A stretch of DNA of 64,000 nt from Eledone cirrhosa. Taxonomy: Eukaryota. The notes under the pieces are model-generated. The model was given only the letters and a program-made list of their open reading frames with translations. It did not search any database and was not told the origin of the DNA. The translations under genes and the position numbers were made by a program. Positions 9,830 to 22,265 of the stretch are shown in pieces; position 1 is the stretch's first letter; the number at the start of each line of letters is the position of its first letter. Location: contig CAXHJY010000168.1 of the NCBI GenBank assembly GCA_964016885.1, positions 1-64,000 on the forward strand, given 5' to 3'.

Positions 9830-12800
9830 TATTGTAAATAGATGGTAAATAGATCATGGGACCTTCCCTCACGTCTATGCCGACAAGATAATCCAACGAG
9901 GATACTATCACTTACCACACTGGCAACTAAAGACCACTGATTCTACCACCCTGCTAAAGTGGCAATAACATCTACAACTAATACTGCTAAAGATCCATTT
10001 TTTATTTGGGGGATCCATTTTTTATTTGAGAGATTCATTTTTTATTTGGGTGATCCATTTTTTATTTGGGTGATCCATTTTTGATTTGGGGGATCCATTT
10101 TTTATTTGGGTGATCCCTTTTTTATTTGGGTGATCTATTTTTTATTTGGGGGATCCTTTTTTATTTGGGTGATCCATTTTTTATTTGGGGTATCCATTTT
10201 TTATTTGGGGGATCCATTTTTTATTTGGGTGATCCATTTTTTATTTGGGGGATCCATTTTTTATTTGGGGGATCCATTTTTTATTTGGGTGATCCATTTT
10301 TCATTTGTGGGATCCATTTTTTATTTGGGTGATCCATTTTTTACTTGGGTGATCCATTTTTTATTTGAGGGATGCATTTTTTATTTGGGTGATCCATTCT
10401 TTATTTGGGTGAACCATTTTTTATTTGGGGGGATCCATTTTTTATTAGGGTGATCCATATTTTATTTGGGTGATACATTTTTTATTTTGGGGATCCATTT
10501 TTTATTTGGGTGATCCATTTTTATTTGGGGGATCCATTTTTTATTTGGGGGATCCATTTTTCATTTGGGTGATCCATATTTTATTTGGGGGATCCATTTT
10601 TTATTTGGGTGATCCATTTTTTATTTGGGGGATCCATTTTTTATTTGAGGGATCCATTTTTTATTTGGGTGATCCATTTTTTATTTGGGGGATCCATTTT
10701 TTATTTGGGGGATCCATTTTTTATTTGGGTGATCCATTTTTTATTTGGGGAATCCATTTTTTATTTTGGGGATCCATTTTTTATTTGGGTGATCCATTAT
10801 TATTTGGGGGATCCATTTTTTATTTGGGGGATCCATTTTTTATTTGGGTGATCCATTTTTTATTTGGGGGATGCATTTTTTATTTGGGGGATCCACTTTT
10901 TATTTGGGTGATCCATTTTTTATTTGGGGGATCCATTTTTTATTTGGGTGATCCATTTTTTATTTGGGGGATCCATTTTTTATTTGATGGATCCATTTTT
11001 TATTTGGGTGATCCATTTTTTATTTGAGTGATCCATTTTTTATTGGGAGGATCCATTTTTTATTTGGGTGATCCATTTTTTATTTGGGTGATCCATTTTT
11101 TATTTGGGTGATCCATTTTTTATTTGGGTGACCCATTTTCTATTTGGGGAATCCATTTTTTATTTTGGGGATCCATTTTTTATTTGGGTGATCCATTTTT
11201 TATTTGGGGGATCCATTTTTTATTTGGGGGATCCATTTTTTATTTGGGTGATCCATTTTTTATTTGGGGGATCCATTTTTTATTTGGGTGATCCATTTTT
11301 TATTTGGGTGATCCATTTTTTAATTGAGGGATCCATTTTTTATTTGGGTGATCCATTTTTTATTTGAGTGATCCTTTTTTATTTGGGGATCCATTTTTTA
11401 TTTGGGTGATCCATTTTTTATTTGGGTGATCCATTTTTTATTTGGGGGATCCATTTTTTATTTGGGTGATACATTTTTTATTTGGGGGATCCATTTTTTA
11501 TTTGGGTGATCCATTTTTTATTTGGGGGATCCATTTTTTATTTGGGGGATCCATTTTTTATTTGGGTGATCCATTTTTTATTTGGGTGATCCATTTTTTA
11601 TTTGGGGGATCCATTTTTTATTTGGGGGATCCATTTTTTATTTAGGTGATCCATTTTTTATTTGGGGGATCCATTTTTTATTTGGGTGATCCATTTTTTA
11701 TTTGGGGGATCCATTTTTTATTTGAGGGATCTATTTTTTATTTGGGTGATCCATTTTTTATTTGAGTGATCCATTTTTTATTGGGGGGATCCATTTTTTA
11801 TTTGGGTGATCCATTTTTTATTTGGGTGATCCATTTTTTATTTGGGGGATCCATTTTTTATTTGGGTGATCCATTTTTTATTTGGGGGATCCATTTTTTA
11901 TTTGGGGGATCCATTTTTTATTTGGGTGATCCATTTTTTAATTGGGGGATCCATTTTTTATTTGGGTGATCCATTTTTTATTTGGGTGATCCATTTTTTA
12001 TTTGGGGGATCCATTTTTTATTTGGGTGATCCATTTTTTATTTGATTGATCCATTTTTTATTTGAGGGATCCATTTTTTCTTTGGGTGATCCATTTTTTA
12101 TTTGGGTGATCCATTTTTTATTTGGGGGATCCATTTTTTATTTGGGTGATCCATTTTTTATTTGGGTGATCCATTTTTTATTTGGGGGATCCACTTTTTA
12201 TTTGGGTAATCCATTTTTTATTTGGGGGATCCATTTTTTATTTGGGGGATCCATTTTTTATTTGGGTGATCCATTTTTTATTTGGGGGATCCATTTTTTA
12301 TTTGGGTGATCCATTTTATATTTGGGTGATCCATTTTTTATTTGGGGGATCCATTTTTTATTTGGGTGATCCATTTTTTATTTGGGTGATCCATTTTTTA
12401 TTTGAGGGATCCATTTTTTATTTGGGTGATCCATTTTTTATTTTGGGGATCCATTTCTTATTTGGGTGATCCATTTTTTATTTGGGGGATCCATTTTTTA
12501 TTTGGGGGATCCATTTTTTATTTGGTTGATCCATTTTTTATTTGGGTGATCCATTTTTTATTTGGGGGATCCATTTTTTATTTGGGTGATCCATTTTTTA
12601 TTTGGGTGATCCATTTTTTATTTGGGGAATCCATTTTTTATTTTGGGGATCCATTTTTTATTTGGGTGATCCATTTTTTATTTGGGGGATCCATTTTTTA
12701 TTTGGGGGATCCATTTTTTATTTGGGTGATCCATTTTTTATTTGGGGGATCCATTTTTTATTTGGGTGATCCATTTTTTATTTGAGTGATCCATTTTTTA

Positions 12801-15800
12801 TTTGAGGGATCCATTTTTTATTTGGGTGATCCATTTTTTATTTGGGGGATCCATTATTTATTTGGGTGATTCGTTTTTTATTTTGGTGATCCATTTTTTA
12901 TTTGGGTGATCCATATTTTATTTGGGTGATCCATTTTTTATTTTGGGGATCCATTTTTTATTTGGGTGATCCATTTTTTATTTGGGGGATACATTTTTTA
13001 TTTGGGGGATCCATTTTTTATTTGGGTGATCCATTTTTTATTTGGGAGATCCATTTTTTATTTGGGTGATCCATTTTTTATTTGGGGGATCCATTTTTTA
13101 TTTGAGGGATCCATTTTTTATTTGGGTGATCCATTTTTTATTTGAGTGATCCATTTTTTATTGGGGGGATCCATTTTTTATTTGGGTGATCCATTTTTCA
13201 TTTGGGGGATCCATTTTTTATTTGGGGGATCCATTTTTTATTTGGGTGATCCATTTTTTATTTGGGGGATCCATTTTTTATTTGGGGGATCCATTTTTTA
13301 TTTGGGTGATCCATTTTTTATTTGGGTGATCCATTTTTTATTTGGGGAATCCATTTTTTATTTTGGGGATCCATTTTTTATTTGGGTGATCCATTTTTTA
13401 TTTGGGGGATCCATTTTTTATTTGGGGGATCCATTTTTTATTTGGGTGATCCATTTTTTATTTGGGGGATCCATTTTTTATTTGGGTGATCCATTTTTTA
13501 TTTGGGTGATCCATTTTTTATTTGAGGGATCCATTTTTTATTTGGGTGATCCATTTTTTGTTTGGGTGATCCATTTTTTATTTGAGTGATCCATTTTTTA
13601 TTGGGGTGATCCATTTTTTATTTGGGTGATCCATTTTTTATTTGGGGGATCCATTTTTTATTTGGGTGATCCATTTTTTATTTGGGGTTCCATTTTTTAT
13701 TTGGGGGATCCATTTTTTATTTGGGTGATCCATTTTTTATTTGGGCGATCCATTTTTTATTTGAGGGATCCATTTTTTATTTGGGTGATCCATTTTTTAT
13801 TTGGGGGATCCATTATTTATTTGGGTGATTCGTTTTTTATTTTGGTGATCCATTTTTTATTTGGGTTATCCATATTTTATTTGGGTGATCCATTTATTAT
13901 TTTGGGGATCCATTTTTTATTTGGGTGATCCATTTTTTATTTGGGGGATACATTTTTTATTTGGGGGATCCATTTTTTATTTGGGTGATCCATTTTTTAT
14001 TTGGAGGATCCATTTTTTATTTGGGTGATCCATTTTTTATTTGGGGGATCCATTTTTTATTTGAGGGATCCATTTTTTATTTGGGTGATCCATTTTTTAT
14101 TTGAGTGATCCATTTTTTATTGGGGGGATCCATTTTTTATTTGGGTGATCCATTTTTTATTTGGGTGATCCATTTTTTATTTGAGTGATCCATTTTTTAT
14201 TGGGGGATCCATTTTTTATTTGGGTGATCCATTTTTTATTTGGGTGATCCAATTTTTTATTTGGGGGATCCATTTTTTATTTGGGTGATCCATTTTTTAT
14301 TTGGGGGATCCATTTTTTATTTGGGTGATCCATTTTTTATTTGGGTGATCCATTTTTTATTTGGGGGCTCCATTTTTTATTTGGGTGATCCATTTTTTAT
14401 TTGGGTGATCCATTTTTTATTTGGGGGATCCATTTTTTATTTGGGTGATCCATTTTTTATTTGATTGATCCATTTCTTATTTGAGGGATCCATTTTTTCT
14501 TTGGGTGATCCATTTTTTATTTGGGTGATCCATTTTTTATTTGCGGGATCCATTTTTTATTTGGGTGATCCATTTTTTATTTGGGTGATCCATTTTTTAT
14601 TTGGGGGATCCATTTTTTATTTGGGTGATCCATTTTTTATTTGGGGGATCCATTTTATATTTGGGGATCCATTTTATATTTGGGTGATCCATTTTTTATT
14701 TGGGGGATCCATTTTTTATTTGGGTGATCCATTTTTTATTTTGGTGATCCATTTTTTATTTGGGGGATCGATTTTTTATTTGGGTGATCCATTTTTTATT
14801 TGATTGATCCATTATTTATTTGAGGGATCCATTTTTTCTTTGGGTGATCCATCTTTTCTTTGGGTGATCCATTTTTTATTTGGGGGATCCATTTTTTATT
14901 TGGGTGATCCATTTTTTATTTGGGTGATCCATTTTTTATTTGGGGGATCCACTTTTTATTTGGGGTATCCATTTTTTATTTGGGGGATCCATATTTTATT
15001 TGGGGGATCCATTTTTTATTTGGGTGATCCATTTTTTATTTGGGTGATCCATTTTTTATTTGGGTGATCCATTTTTTATTTGGGGGATCCATTTTTTATT
15101 TGGGTGATCCATTTTTTATTTGGGTGATCCAATTTTTTATTTGATGGATCCATTTTTTATTTGGGTGATCCATTTTTTATTTTGGGGATCCATTTTTTAT
15201 TTGGGTGATCCATTTTTTATTTGGGTGATCCATTTTTTATTTGGGTGATACATTTTTTATTTGTATGATCCATTTTTTATTTGCGTGATCCATTTTTTAT
15301 TTGGGGGATCCATTTTTTATTTGGGTGATCCATTTTTTATTTGGGTGATCCATTTTTTATTTGGGGGATCCATTTTTTATTTGGGTGATCCATTTTTTAT
15401 TTGGGTGATCCATTTTTTATTTGAGGGATCCATTTTTTATTTGGGTGATCCATTTTTTATTTGGGTGATCCATTTTTTTATTTGGGGGATCCATTTTTTA
15501 TTTGAGTGATCCATTTTTTATCTGGGTGATCCATTTTTTATTTGGGGGATCCATTTTTTATTTGGGTGATCCATTTTTTATTTGGGGGATCCATTTTTTA
15601 TTTGGGGGATCCATTTTTTATTTGGGTGATCCATTTTTTATTTGGGGGATACATTTTTTATTTGGGTGATCCGTTTTTTATTTGGGTGATCCATTTTTTA
15701 TTTGGGTGATCCATTTTTTATTTGGGGGATCCATTTTTTATTTGGGTGATCCATTTTTTATTTGGGTGATCTATTTTTTATTTGGGTGATCCATTTTTTA

Positions 15801-17750
15801 TTTGTATGATCCATTTTTTATTTGCATGATCCATTTTTTATTTGGGGGATCCATTTTATATTTGGGTGATCCATTTTTTATTTGGGTGATCCATTTTTCA
15901 TTTGGGGGATCCATTTTTTATTTGGGTGATCCATTTTTTATTTGGGTGATCATTTTTTATTTGAGGGATACATTTTTTATTTGGGTGATCCATTTTTTAT
16001 TTTGGGGATCCATTTTTTATTTGGGTGATCCATTTTTTATTTGGGTGATCCATTTTTTATTTGGGGGATCCATTTTTTATTTGGGTGATCCATTTTTTAT
16101 TTGGGGATCCATTTTTTATTTGAGGGATCCATTTTTTATTTGGGTTATCCATTTTTTATTTGAGTGATCCATTTTTTATTTGGGGGATCCATTTTTTATT
16201 TGGGTGATCCATTTTTTATTTGGGTGATCCATTTTTTATGTGGGGGATCCATTTTTTATTTGGGTGATCCATTTTTTATTTGGGGGATCCATTTTTTATT
16301 TGGGGGATCCATTTTTTATTTGGGTGATCCATTTTTTATTTGGGGGATCCACTTTTTATTTGGGTGATCCATTTTTTTTTTGGGTGAACCATTTTTTATT
16401 TGTGGGATCCATTTTTTATTTGGGTGATCCATTTTTTATTTGATTGATACATTTTTTATTTGAGGGATCCATTTTTTCTTTGGGTGATCCATTTTTTATT
16501 TGGGTGATCCATTTTTTATTTGGGGGATCCATTTTTTATTTGGGTGATCCATTTTTTATTTGGGTGATCCATTTTTTATTTGTGGGATCCACTTTTTATT
16601 TGGGTGATCCATTTTTTATTTGGGGGATCCATTTTTTATTTGGGGGATCCATTTTTTATTTGGGTGATGCATTTTTTATTTGGGGGATCCATTTTTTATT
16701 TGGGTGATCCATTTTTTATTTGGGTGATCCATTTTTTATTTGGGGGATCCATTTTTTATTTGGGTGATCCATTTTTTATTTGGGTGATCCATTTTTTATT
16801 TGAGGGATCCATTTTTTATTTGGGTGATCCATTTTTTATTTTGGGGATCCATTTCTTATTTGGGTGATCCATTTTTTATTTGGGGGATCCATTTTTTATT
16901 TGGGGGATCCATTTTTTATTTGGGGGATCCATTTTTTATTTGTGTGATCCATTTTTTATTTGGGTGATCCATTTTTTATTTGGGGGATCCATTTTTTATT
17001 TGGGTGATCCATTTTTTATTTGGGTGATCCATTTTTTATTTGGGGAATCCATTTTTTATTTTGGGGATCCATTTTTTATTTGGGTGATCCATTTTTATTT
17101 GGGGGATCCATTTTTTATTTGGGGGATCCATTTTTTATTTGGGTGATCCATTTTTTATTTGGGGGATGCATTTTTTATTTGGGGGATCCACTTTTTATTT
17201 GGGTGATCCATTTTTTATTTGGGGGATCCATTTTTTATTTGGGTGATCCATTTTTTATTTGGGGGATCCATTTTTTATTTGAGGGATCCATTTTTTATTT
17301 GAGTGATCCATTTTCTATTTGAGTGATCCATTTTTTATTGGGAGGATCCATTTTTTATTTGGGTGATCCATTTTTTATTTGGGTGATCCATTTTTTATTT
17401 GGGTGATCCATTTTTTATTTGGGTGATCCATTTTTTATTTGGGGAATCCATTTTTTATTTTGGGGATCCATTTTTTATTTGGGTGATCCATTTTTTATTT
17501 GGGGGATCCATTTTTTATTTGGGGGATCCATTTTTTATTTGGGTGATCCATTTTTTATTTGGGGGATCCATTTTTTATTTGGGTGATCCATTTTTTATTT
17601 GGGTGATCCATTTTTTATTTGAGGGATCCATTTTTTATTTGGGTGATCCATTTTTTATTTGAGTGATCCTTTTTTTATTTGGGGGATCCATTTTTTATTT
17701 GGGTGATCCATTTTTTATTTGGGTGATCCATTTTTTATTTGGGGGATCCA

Positions 17751-20700
17751 TTTTTTATTTGGGTGATCCATTTTTTATTTGGGGGATCCATTTTTTATTT
17801 GGGGGATCCATTTTTTATTTGGGTGATCCATTTTTTATTTGGGGGATCCATTTTTTATTTGGGGGATCCATTTTTTATTTGGGGGATCCATTTTTTATTT
17901 GGGTGATCCATTTTTTATTTGGGGGATCCATTTTTTATTTGGGTGATACATTTTTTATTTGGGGGATCCATTTTTTATTTGAGGGATCCATTTTTTATTT
18001 GGGGGGATCCATTTTTTATTTGGGTGATCCATTTTTTATTTGGGTGATTCATTCGTTATTTGGGTGATCCATTTTTTATTTGGGTGATCCATTTTTTATT
18101 TGGGGGATCCATTTTTTAGTTGGGGGATCCATTCTATATTTGGGTGATCCATTTTTTATTTGGGTGATCCATTTTTTATTTGGGTGATACATTTTTTATT
18201 TGTATGATCCATTTTTTATTTGCGTGATCCATTTTTTATTTGGGGGATCCATTTTTTATTTGGGTGATCCATTTTTTATTTGGGTGATCCATTTTTTATT
18301 TGGGGGATCCATTTTTTATTTGGGTGATCCATTTTTTATTTGGGTGATCCTTTTTTTATTTGAGGGATCCATTTTTTATTTGGGTGATCCATTTTTTATT
18401 TGGGTGATCCATTTTTTTATTTGGGGGATCCATTTTTTATTTGAATGATCCATTTTTTATTTGGGTGATCCATTTTTTATTTGGGGGATCCATTTTTTAT
18501 TTGGGGGATCCATTTTTTATTTGGGTGATCCATTTTTTATTTGGGGGATACATTTTTTATTTGGGTGATCCGTTTTTTATTTGGGTGATCCATTTTTTAT
18601 TTGGGTGATCCATTTTTTATTTGGGGGATCCATTTTTTATTTGGGTGATCCATTTTTTATTTGGGTGATCTATTTTTTATTTGGGTGATCCATTTTTTAT
18701 TTGTATGATCCATTTTTTATTTGCATGATCCATTTTTTATTTGGGGGATCCATTTTATATTTGGGTGATCCATTTTTTATTTGGGTGATCCATTTTTTAT
18801 TTGGGGGATCCATTTTTTATTTGGGTGATCCATTTTTTATTTGGGTGATCATTTTTTATTTGAGGGATACATTTTTTATTTGGGTGATCCATTTTTTATT
18901 TGGGTGATCCATTTTTTATTTGGGGGATCCATTATTTATTTGGGTTATTCGTTTTTTATTTTGGTGATCCATTTTGTATTTGGGTGATCCATATTTTATT
19001 TGGGTAATCCATTTTTTATTTTGGGGATCCATTTTTTATTTGGGTGATCCATTTTTTATTTGGGGGATCCATTTTTTATTTGGGGGATCCATTTTTTATT
19101 TGGGTGATCCATTTTTTATTTTGGGGATCCATTTTTTATTTGGGTGATCCATTTTTTATTTGGGGGATCCATTTTTTATTTGGGTGATCCATTTTTTATT
19201 TGGGGATCCATTTTTTATTTGAGGGATCCATTTTTTATTTGGGTGATCCATTTTTTATTTGAGTGATCCATTTTTTATTTGGGGGATCCATTTTTTATTT
19301 GGGTGATCCATTTTTTATTTGGGTGATCCATTTTTTATGTGGGGGATCCATTTTTTATTTGGGTGATCCATTTTTTATTTGGGGGATCCATTTTTTATTT
19401 GGGGGATCCATTTTTTATTTGGGTGATCCATTTTTTATTTGGGTGATCCATTTTTTATTTGGGTGATCCATTTTTTATTTGGGGGATCCATTTTTTATTT
19501 GGGTGATCCATTTTTTATTTGATTGATACATTTTTTATTTGAGGGATCCATTTTTTCTTTGGGTGATCCATTTTTTATTTGGGTGATCCATTTTTTATTT
19601 GGGGGATCCATTTTTTATTTGGGTGATCCATTTTTTATTTGGGTGATCCATTTTTTATTTGGGGGATCCACTTTTTATTTGGGTGATCCATTTTTTATTT
19701 GGGGGATCCATTTTTTATTTGGGGGATCCATTTTTTATTTGGGTGATCCATTTTTTATTTGGGGAATCCATTTTTTATTTTGGGGATCCATTTTTTATTT
19801 GGGTGATCCATTTTTATTTGGGGGATCCATTTTTTATTTGGGGGATCCATTTTTTATTTGGGTGATCCATTTTTTATTTGGGGGATGCATTTTTTATTTG
19901 GGGGATCCACTTTTTATTTGGGTGATCCATTTTTTATTTGGGGGATCCATTTTTTATTTGGGTGATCCATTTTTTATTTGGGGGATCCATTTTTTATTTG
20001 AGGGATCCATTTTTTATTTGAGTGATCCATTTTTTATTTCAGTGATCCATTTTTTATTTGGGGGATCCATTTTTTATTTGGGGGATCCATTTTTTATTTG
20101 GGTGATCCATTTTTTATTTGGGGGATCCATTTTTTATTTGGGTGATCCATTTTTTATTTGGGGGATCCATTTTTTATTTGGGTGATACATTTTTTATTTG
20201 GGGGATCCATTTTTTATTTGAGGGATCCATTTTTTATTTGGGTGATCCATTTTTTATTTGAGTGATCCATTTTTAATTGGGGGGATCCATTTTTTATTTG
20301 GGTGATCCATTTTTTATTTGGGTGATCCATTTTTTATTTGGGGGATCCATTTTTTATTTGGGTGATCCATTTTTTATTTGGGTGATCCATTTTTTATTTG
20401 GGGAATCCATTTTTTATTTTGGGGATCCATTTTTTATTTGGGTGATCCATTTTTTATTTGGGGGATCCATTTTTTATTTGGGGGATCCATTTTTTATTTG
20501 GGTGATCTATTTTTTATTTGGGGGATCCATTTTTTATTTGGGTGATCCATTTTTTATTTGGGTGATCCATTTTTTATTTGAGGGATCCATTTTTTATTTG
20601 GGTGATCCATTTTTTATTTGGGGGATCCATTATTTATTTGGGTGATTCGTTTTTTATTTTGGTGATCCATTTTTTATTTGGGTGATCCATATTTTATTTG

Positions 20701-22265
20701 GGTGATCCATTTTTTATTTCGGGGATCCATTTTTTATTTGGGTGATCCATTTTTTATTTGGGGGATCCATTTTTCATTTGAGGGATCCATTTTTTATTTG
20801 GGTGATCCATTTTTTATTTGAGTGATCCATTTTTTATTGGGGGGATCCATTTTTTATTTGGGTGATCCATTTTTCATTTGGGGGATCCATTTTTTATTTG
20901 GGGGATCCATTTTTTATTTGGGTGATCCATTTTTTATTTGGGGGATCCATTTTTTATTTGGGGGATCCATTTTTTATTTGGGTGATCCATTTTTTATTTG
21001 GGTGATCCATTTTTTATTTGGGGAATCCATTTTTTATTTTGGGGATCCATTTTTTATTTGGGTGATCCATTTTTTATTTGGGGGATCCATTTTTTATTTG
21101 GGGGATCCATTTTTTATTTGGGTGATCCATTTTTTATTTGGGGGATCCATTTTTTATTTGGGTGATCCATTTTTTATTTGGGTGATCCATTTTTTATTTG
21201 AGGGATCCATTTTTTATTTGGGTGATCCATTTTTTATTTGGGGGATCCATTATTTATTTGGGTGATTCGTTTTTTATTTTGGTGATCCATTTTTTATTTG
21301 GGTGATTCATATTTTATTTGGGTGATCCATTTTTTATTTTGGGGATCCATTTTTTATTTGGGTGATCCATTTTTTATTTGGGGGATACATTTTTTATTTG
21401 GGGGATCCATTTTTTATTTGGGGGATCCATTTTTTATTTGAGGGATCCATTTTTTATTTGGGTGATCCATTTTTTATTTGAGTGATCCATTCTTTATTGG
21501 GGGGATCCATTTTTTATTTGGGTGATCCATTTTTTATTTGGGTGATCCATTTTTTATTTGGGGGATCCATTTTTTATTTGGGTGATCCATTTTTTATTTG
21601 GGGTTCCATTTTTTATTTGGGGGAATCCATTTTTTATTTGGGTGATCCATTTTTTATTTGGGCGATCCATTTTTTATTTGAGGGATCCATTTTTTATTTG
21701 GGTGATCCATTTTTTATTTGGGGGATCCATTATTTATTTGGGTGATTCGTTTTTTATTTTGGTGATCCATTTTTTATTTGGGTGATCCATATTTTATTTG
21801 GGTGATCCATTTATTATTTTGGGGATCCATTTTTTATTTGGGTGATCCATTTTTTATTTGGGGGATACATTTTTTATTTGGGGGATCCATTTTTTATTTG
21901 GGTGATCCATTTTTTATTTGGGGATCCATTTTTTATTTGGGTGATCCATTTTTAATTTGGGGGATCCATTTTTTATTTGAGGGATCCATTTTTTATTTGG
22001 GTGATCCATTTTTTATTTGAGTGATCCATTTTTTATTGGGGGGATCCATTTTTTATTTGGGTGATCCATTTTTTATTTGGGTGATCCATTTTTTATTTGA
22101 GTGATCCATTTTTTATTGGGGGCATCCATTTTTTATTTGGGTGATCCATTTTTTATTTGGGTGATCCAATTTTTTATTTGGGGGATCCATTTTTTATTTG
22201 GGGGATCCATTTTTTATTTGGGGGATCCATTTTTTATTTGGGTGATCCATTTTTTATTTGGGGGC
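17751..22265 (+). repeat. Near-identical duplicate of satellite block 1-4555 (offset about 17.7 kb)
   Basis: Marker GATTCATTCGTT at 296 and 18046. ORF-track offsets are 17750 (450 to 18200), then 17710 (991 to 18701, through 3772 to 21482) after a two-monomer loss, then 17711 (4390 to 22101). Confidence 0.9.

Larger units (their letters stand above)
9439..9991 (+). mobile_element. 553-bp LTR-retrotransposon remnant (solo-LTR-like, probably Ty3/Gypsy), copy 1
   Basis: Unique sequence starting TGTAGTGACC and ending ACTGCTAAA (TGTAG versus CTAAA is a 4/5 terminal inverted match). GATC lies on both sides (9435-9438, 9992-9995). It contains CCAAT, TATAAA/AATAAA, a GT-rich tract and TGGCGACC, and has no long ORF. 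The boundaries are clear; the family call is inference. Confidence 0.72.

Noticed and set aside
9842-9968. Short reading frames in the insert (32-aa MVNRSWDLPS... from 9842, and a 39-codon ATG-less frame IDHGTFPHVY...)
   Set aside because: Too short and with no recognisable gag, pol or other motif. Worth revisiting only if the region proves to be a retrotransposon leader.
9439-9991. Insert as a tRNA, 5S rRNA, snRNA, SINE or MITE
   Set aside because: No cloverleaf or recognisable RNA gene sequence, no clear A/B boxes or poly(A) tail, and the terminal inverted match is only 4-5 bp.
9435-9995. Insert as a Sau3AI/MboI/DpnII cloning or Hi-C chimera, since both junctions are GATC
   Set aside because: The insert has an uncut internal GATC (9852-9855), shows no GATCGATC junction, begins with an LTR-like TGTAG, and occurs four times with copy-specific substitutions and co-diverging flanks.
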